From positions 1 through 10,046 of the forward strand of contig JAYVCD010000288.1 of NCBI GenBank assembly GCA_043750125.1: a stretch of DNA of 10,046 nt. Direction: 5' to 3'. A model generated the notes under the pieces. That model ran no database searches and was not told the origin of the DNA. It saw only the letters and a list, made by a program, of their open reading frames with translations. The position numbers and the translations under genes are program-made. Shown here piece by piece: positions 6,555 through 10,046 of the stretch. This DNA is from Archangiaceae bacterium. GTDB lineage: Bacteria > Myxococcota > Myxococcia > Myxococcales > Myxococcaceae. Numbering within the stretch: position 1 is the first letter of the stretch; each line of letters starts with the position of its first letter.

Positions 6555-7274
6555 TTGAAGCGTGCGTGCTACGAAGCCCGCATCAGATGCGCGCCTGCCC
6601 TCTTCATTTCGATCTCGGCCCTCGCCGCCTCGCCCGCTGCGGTGACCGCGAAGAAGCCGACCGTCGCCATCCTGTACTTCGACGACAACGATCAAGGCGG
6701 CGAGCTGTCGATGCTCAAGAAGGGCCAGGCGCAGATGCTGATCACCGACCTCGTCGGCCACCCCAACGTCCGCCTGGTCGAACGGGCGCAGATGCAGGAG
6801 ATCTTCGACGAGCTCAAGCTCAACGCGTCGAAGAAGGTCGACCCCGACACCGCCGTGAAGATCGGCAAAATCCTTGGTGCCCAGTACGTGATGGTCGGTG
6901 CGTACTTCGTCATCACCAGCCAGTTGGTGATCAGCGCCCGGCTGATCAACGTCTCGACCACCGATACCGTCTCGAGCGTCCGCGTGTTGGGCAAGCCCGA
7001 CAACTTCTTCGAGCTCGAAGGCGAGCTCTCTTCGAAGCTCTTCAGCGTGTTCACCACCCAGGTGCCGCCCACCGCCGGAGCGGCCCGCGACAGCCCGCCT
7101 CCTCCCAAGCGCCCGGGGCCCTCGAACGTGAAGGTTGCCCTGGGCTATTCGCGGGCCCACGATGCAATCGACAAAAAGGACAAGCCCGCTGCGAAGAAGG
7201 AGCTCGAAGCCGTCTTGAAACAACAGCCCGACTTCGTTCTCGCCGCGCTCGACCTGGCCGATCTGGTGAAGTGA
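6555..7274 (+). CDS. CsgG/HfaB-like exported protein with a C-terminal TPR-like helical segment; start uncertain
   Basis: KPTVAILYFD...MLITDL...VRLVERAQMQEIFDELKL...VDPDTAVKIGKILGAQYVMVGAY...ISARLINVST is typical of CsgG/HfaB-like domains. It is followed by a Pro-rich linker and ALGYSRAHDAID...ELEAVLKQQPDF. The nearest in-frame canonical start before the hydrophobic signal segment is TTG 6555. Confidence 0.75.
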   Translation: MKRACYEARIRCAPALFISISALAASPAAVTAKKPTVAILYFDDNDQGGELSMLKKGQAQMLITDLVGHPNVRLVERAQMQEIFDELKLNASKKVDPDTAVKIGKILGAQYVMVGAYFVITSQLVISARLINVSTTDTVSSVRVLGKPDNFFELEGELSSKLFSVFTTQVPPTAGAARDSPPPPKRPGPSNVKVALGYSRAHDAIDKKDKPAAKKELEAVLKQQPDFVLAALDLADLVK

Positions 7275-7278
7275 AAAG

Positions 7279-8295
7279 CTAGAGGCCGACCACCAGGGGG
7301 ACCTGCACTTCGGCCTCATCGTCACCCTCGAACGGCGGAAACACCATTCGCTTCGCCCGCTGCTTCAGGCAACCTGCCCAGTTGCTGCTCTCGTGCTGCT
7401 TCGGGCTGATGCTGGTCGACTTCACGACGCCGGATCTCGACACCAGCACCACCACCAGGACTTTTCCGACCTTCATTCCCGGGTTGCGCCGCAGCCCTTC
7501 CTCGATGCACCCCTGAAACGCCGCCTGGGACTGCGCGACCACCTTCGCCGCCGCCGCGTCGTCGAGGCCGCCCGCGCTGGAAGGAGCTGGGCCTGCACTC
7601 TCGACCCCGCGCAGCTTCGGAGCCGCGTCCCGTCGGAACGCGCCAATCGCTCCCGGGCCCGAGCCCCCGACCAGGTCGGGACTCCCGGTCGCCACAGTTC
7701 CCGCCGACCCGCCCATGCGCGTGGGGCCATCGAGGTTGGCGTATTGCTGGGCCAGCTGAGCCTTCTGGGCCGCGACCTTCGCCACTTTCTGGGCCTTCAC
7801 CGCTGTCGCCGCCTGGCGTCGCCGGCTCTCTTCCCCCGTCATCAGATCTCTCAGACCCGACACGCCGGCAGACGAGAAGAAAGGCTCTTCGACCACCTCA
7901 CCCTCGTCGGTGGTGTGGGTGACGTTGAGCTTCACCACGCTCAAGCTCGACAGCAGGTAGAGCGTGGCCACCGGCAGGCCGAGCCCCACCCCGATGAACA
8001 GCGCAATCTTCCACGGCGGGTTGCGCTTCGAGGCGCCCGACTGGGCGATGAAGTACTTGGTGATCTCGCCCGGCGGCTTGTTCGGGTCGGAAATCGATGA
8101 CTCGGGAACTTCCGCCAGGCGATCCGAAGCGTTCCCGGTCGGAAAAATCGGCTCACCCGACGGCGGTGGGGCCGACTGGGTCACCTCGAAGATGTTCTTG
8201 CAGCCCTTGCACCGCACCCGGATGTGAACCCCGGCCACGAAGGCAGCGTCAGGCAAAGCGTACGTCTTGCTACATTTTGTGCAGGTGACGTTCAC
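7279..8295 (-). CDS. Zinc-ribbon (MJ0042-type) + TM + AgmX/PglI C-terminal (TonB-C-like) domain protein, GltJ/AgmX-like
   Basis: GTG 8295 start (MNVTCTKC...VRCKGC, two CxxC). One TM helix (IALFIGVGLGLPVATLYLL), an Ala/Lys/Gly-rich linker, and a C-terminal CIEEGLRRNP...GKVLV...SGVV...CLKQRAKRMVFPPF domain with two Cys. Confidence 0.8.
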   Translation of the reverse strand: MNVTCTKCSKTYALPDAAFVAGVHIRVRCKGCKNIFEVTQSAPPPSGEPIFPTGNASDRLAEVPESSISDPNKPPGEITKYFIAQSGASKRNPPWKIALFIGVGLGLPVATLYLLSSLSVVKLNVTHTTDEGEVVEEPFFSSAGVSGLRDLMTGEESRRRQAATAVKAQKVAKVAAQKAQLAQQYANLDGPTRMGGSAGTVATGSPDLVGGSGPGAIGAFRRDAAPKLRGVESAGPAPSSAGGLDDAAAAKVVAQSQAAFQGCIEEGLRRNPGMKVGKVLVVVLVSRSGVVKSTSISPKQHESSNWAGCLKQRAKRMVFPPFEGDDEAEVQVPLVVGL

Positions 8296-8301
8296 GCCGG
8301 C

Positions 8302-8307
8302 AGCATA
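8302..8307 (-). promoter_or_regulatory. Candidate -10 element (TATGCT) 6 nt before the GTG of the zinc-ribbon gene
   Basis: Minus strand reads TATGCT-gccggc-GTG, with no SD-like sequence in between. Confidence 0.5.
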
Positions 8308-8342
8308 CGAGGTCTGCCCCCGCTGCCCGCTCCCCAATTGCT

Positions 8343-8371
8343 TTGACCCCGAACGACTCGATCCTTATGTT
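8343..8371 (+). promoter_or_regulatory. sigma70-type promoter for nuoAB
   Basis: TTGACC (8343-8348), 17 nt, TATGTT (8366-8371). The nuoA ATG follows 8 nt later. Confidence 0.7.
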
Positions 8372-8379
8372 GTCTGGCG

Positions 8380-8748
8380 ATGGATACGCCCCTCACCCCC
8401 TACCTTCCCGTAGCTGTCGTCCTCTTCCTCGCAGGGGCAATGGCGTTCCTCATTCCCCAGCTGTCGACCCGGCTGGGGCCCAAGAGCATCAACCCGATCA
8501 AGTCCGCGGCTTTCGAATGCGGCAGCCCCGTCATCGGCTCGGCCCGCCAGCGCTTCGCGGTGAAGTTCTACGTCGTCGCCTTGCTGTTCATCGTGTTCGA
8601 CGTCGAAGCGGTGTTCCTCTACCCGTGGGCGGTCAACTTTCGCGCCCTGGGCTGGTTCGGCTACGGGACGATGATGATCTTCGCCAGCACCCTGGTGATG
8701 GGTCTGATCTACGTCTGGAAGAAGGGCGCGCTGGAATGGGAGAGCTGA
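8380..8748 (+). CDS. nuoA: NADH-quinone oxidoreductase subunit A
   Basis: 122 aa with three hydrophobic segments, FECG loop, RFAVKFYVVALLFIVFDVEAVFLYPWA and C-terminal WKKGALEW. Confidence 0.96.
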   Translation: MDTPLTPYLPVAVVLFLAGAMAFLIPQLSTRLGPKSINPIKSAAFECGSPVIGSARQRFAVKFYVVALLFIVFDVEAVFLYPWAVNFRALGWFGYGTMMIFASTLVMGLIYVWKKGALEWES

Positions 8749-8749
8749 A

Positions 8750-9310
8750 ATGGCCGAACTCGACGTAGCTCCCGCATTCACCACCCGTCGCGACGAAGCG
8801 GTGGGGTTCTTCGAAAAGATGGTCAGCAAGGGCCTGGGCTGGGCGCGCAAGTACTCGCTCTTCACCTACCCCTTCGCCACCGCCTGCTGCGGAATGGAAT
8901 ACATGTCGGTGGCCTCGAGCCGCTACGACATCGCGCGGTTCGGCGCCGAGTTTCCCCGCTTCTCGCCGCGACAAGCCGACCTGCTGATGGTGGTCGGGAC
9001 CATCAACATGAAGCAGGCGCCCATTCTCAAGCGCGTCTACGACCAGATGACCGAGCCGAAATGGGTCGTTGCCTTCGGAGTCTGTGCCTCGTCCGGCGGC
9101 TTTTACGACAACTACGCGGTGCTGCAGGGCATCGACCGGATCATCCCCGTCGACGTCTACATTCCCGGCTGCCCTCCTCGCCCCGAGCAGGTCCTCGACG
9201 GGCTGATGCTGCTGCAGGACAAGATCGCCAACGAGAAGCACGGCTTGGGAAACAAGCAGAAGCTGCCGCTGCGTCCCGGCCAGCGCGAGCTGACCACCGA
9301 CCTGAAGTAG
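8750..9310 (+). CDS. nuoB: NADH-quinone oxidoreductase subunit B
   Basis: N2 cluster ligands TACC, FGVCASSGG and PGCPPRP. Also YDIARFG, SPRQADL and YDQMTEPKWV. GGAG lies 7 nt before ATG. Confidence 0.97.
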   Translation: MAELDVAPAFTTRRDEAVGFFEKMVSKGLGWARKYSLFTYPFATACCGMEYMSVASSRYDIARFGAEFPRFSPRQADLLMVVGTINMKQAPILKRVYDQMTEPKWVVAFGVCASSGGFYDNYAVLQGIDRIIPVDVYIPGCPPRPEQVLDGLMLLQDKIANEKHGLGNKQKLPLRPGQRELTTDLK

Positions 9311-9315
9311 CGCGC

Positions 9316-9777
9316 CTACCAGCGGTGGTACGCCGGGTGTCCCGGCTGCACCGCGACGAAAGTTCCCCGGCACGTCGCCCGCACTTTTCCCTGGGCCTCG
9401 AGTGTTCCTTCCACCACCGCGCGATCGGCGGTCGATTCGACGACCTTCGCGGACAGCGTCACCGGGCCATCGGTCGGGCACGGGCGCTTCAAGACGATCG
9501 CGTACTCGGCCGTCACCGTGCACGGCGGACTGCTCGCGCCACTTTGCTTCATCAAGTGGTACGTCGCCGCCCAGTTCAGGTGGCAGTCGAGCAAGGCGCC
9601 GATGATTCCACCGTTGAGCACCCCGGGAAAAGCCTCGTGGTGCTTCTGCGGCGTCCAGCTCGCCACGCACTGATCGCCCTCGACGAACGAGCGGATTTTC
9701 AACCCCTGCTCGTTCGACGGGCCGCAGCCAAAGCAGGCGTTGTGTGGGGCGTAGGTCTCTTGAAGGCTCTTGGTCAT
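9316..9777 (-). CDS. PaaI-family hotdog-fold thioesterase
   Basis: CFGCGPSNEQGL, HEAFPGVLNGGIIGALLDCH, TVTAEY...KRPCPT and GTFVAV. GGAG 7 nt before ATG, and ATGA overlap with the upstream gene. Confidence 0.88.
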   Translation of the reverse strand: MTKSLQETYAPHNACFGCGPSNEQGLKIRSFVEGDQCVASWTPQKHHEAFPGVLNGGIIGALLDCHLNWAATYHLMKQSGASSPPCTVTAEYAIVLKRPCPTDGPVTLSAKVVESTADRAVVEGTLEAQGKVRATCRGTFVAVQPGHPAYHRW

Positions 9778-10046
9778 TTCGGCGCTCCGTTCGCATCGAG
9801 GAACGCGGCCAGGGCCGCGCAGTTGCCATCACAGCTCTGAGCCACCGTACCGTCCGCACGCGGGCTGCGCACCAGCCAGTGCTCGCCGTCATAGGCGCCG
9901 ATGTCTTTTTCCTTCAGCACCCCGTCGTGGGCGGCCGAGGACATTTGCACCACTCCGTCTGCCATCACTTCGTAGGCCGCGAAGCTGCGCGGCGCCCCCG
10001 TCGCGTGGGTGGGGTCGAACGCCGCCGGGCTCGCGTGGGTGTAGCC
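9774..10046 (-). CDS. 3' end of a probable alpha/beta-hydrolase (lipase/esterase-like); begins beyond the right edge
   Basis: The frame is open from 10046 to TGA at 9774: GYTHASPAAFDPTHATGAPRSFAAYEVMADGVVQMSSAAHDGVLKEKDIGAYDGEHWLV...GAPK. DGVVQMSSA resembles the lipase D-G-x-V-x-x-x-S acid motif, followed by a candidate catalytic His (GEHW). The nucleophile motif is not visible. Confidence 0.55.
   Translation of the reverse strand, partial: GYTHASPAAFDPTHATGAPRSFAAYEVMADGVVQMSSAAHDGVLKEKDIGAYDGEHWLVRSPRADGTVAQSCDGNCAALAAFLDANGAPK

Noticed and set aside
6555-7274. Curli secretion system suggested by the CsgG-like gene
   Set aside because: No curlin-repeat, csgE or csgF genes in the window, and CsgG/HfaB-like domains occur widely outside curli loci.
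6513-7325. Apparent 270-aa N-terminal extension or fusion on the MetE-like ORF (609 aa in the track)
   Set aside because: It is the antisense of the CsgG-like gene. The MetE-like motifs begin just after ATG 6512, which has its own -10-like box.
10001-10041. 11-bp direct repeat TCGCGTGGGTG, 30 nt apart
   Set aside because: Only two short copies inside a coding frame (THA twice). Too little for a CRISPR or tandem-repeat call.

Overview
GC-rich, densely coding bacterial DNA, most likely from a myxobacterium. This is inferred from an AgmX/PglI-type protein, a Cys-rich lipoprotein and a DUF1592/DUF1552 pair. Gene order from left to right: (-) truncated membrane-anchored SGNH/GDSL-like protein, missed by the ORF track; (-) 17-Cys lipoprotein; (+) mutY; (+) DUF1592-family heme-motif lipoprotein with an inserted carbohydrate-binding-module-like domain, coupled to a Tat-signal DUF1552 (HxxSHH) protein; (-) single-domain MetE-like Zn protein; (+) CsgG/HfaB-like protein with an unclear start codon; (-) zinc-ribbon/TM/AgmX-PglI-C-terminal protein; (+) nuoA-nuoB standing apart from other nuo genes; (-) PaaI-type thioesterase; (-) 3' end of a probable alpha/beta-hydrolase. 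I saw no RNA genes, mobile elements or CRISPR arrays. The most interesting signals are the CBM-carrying DUF1592/DUF1552 exported pair with a candidate sigma54 promoter, a repeated pattern suggesting leaderless mRNAs at first-in-unit genes, the core MetE-like gene and the detached nuoAB. All family calls come from motif recognition by eye, not from database searches.
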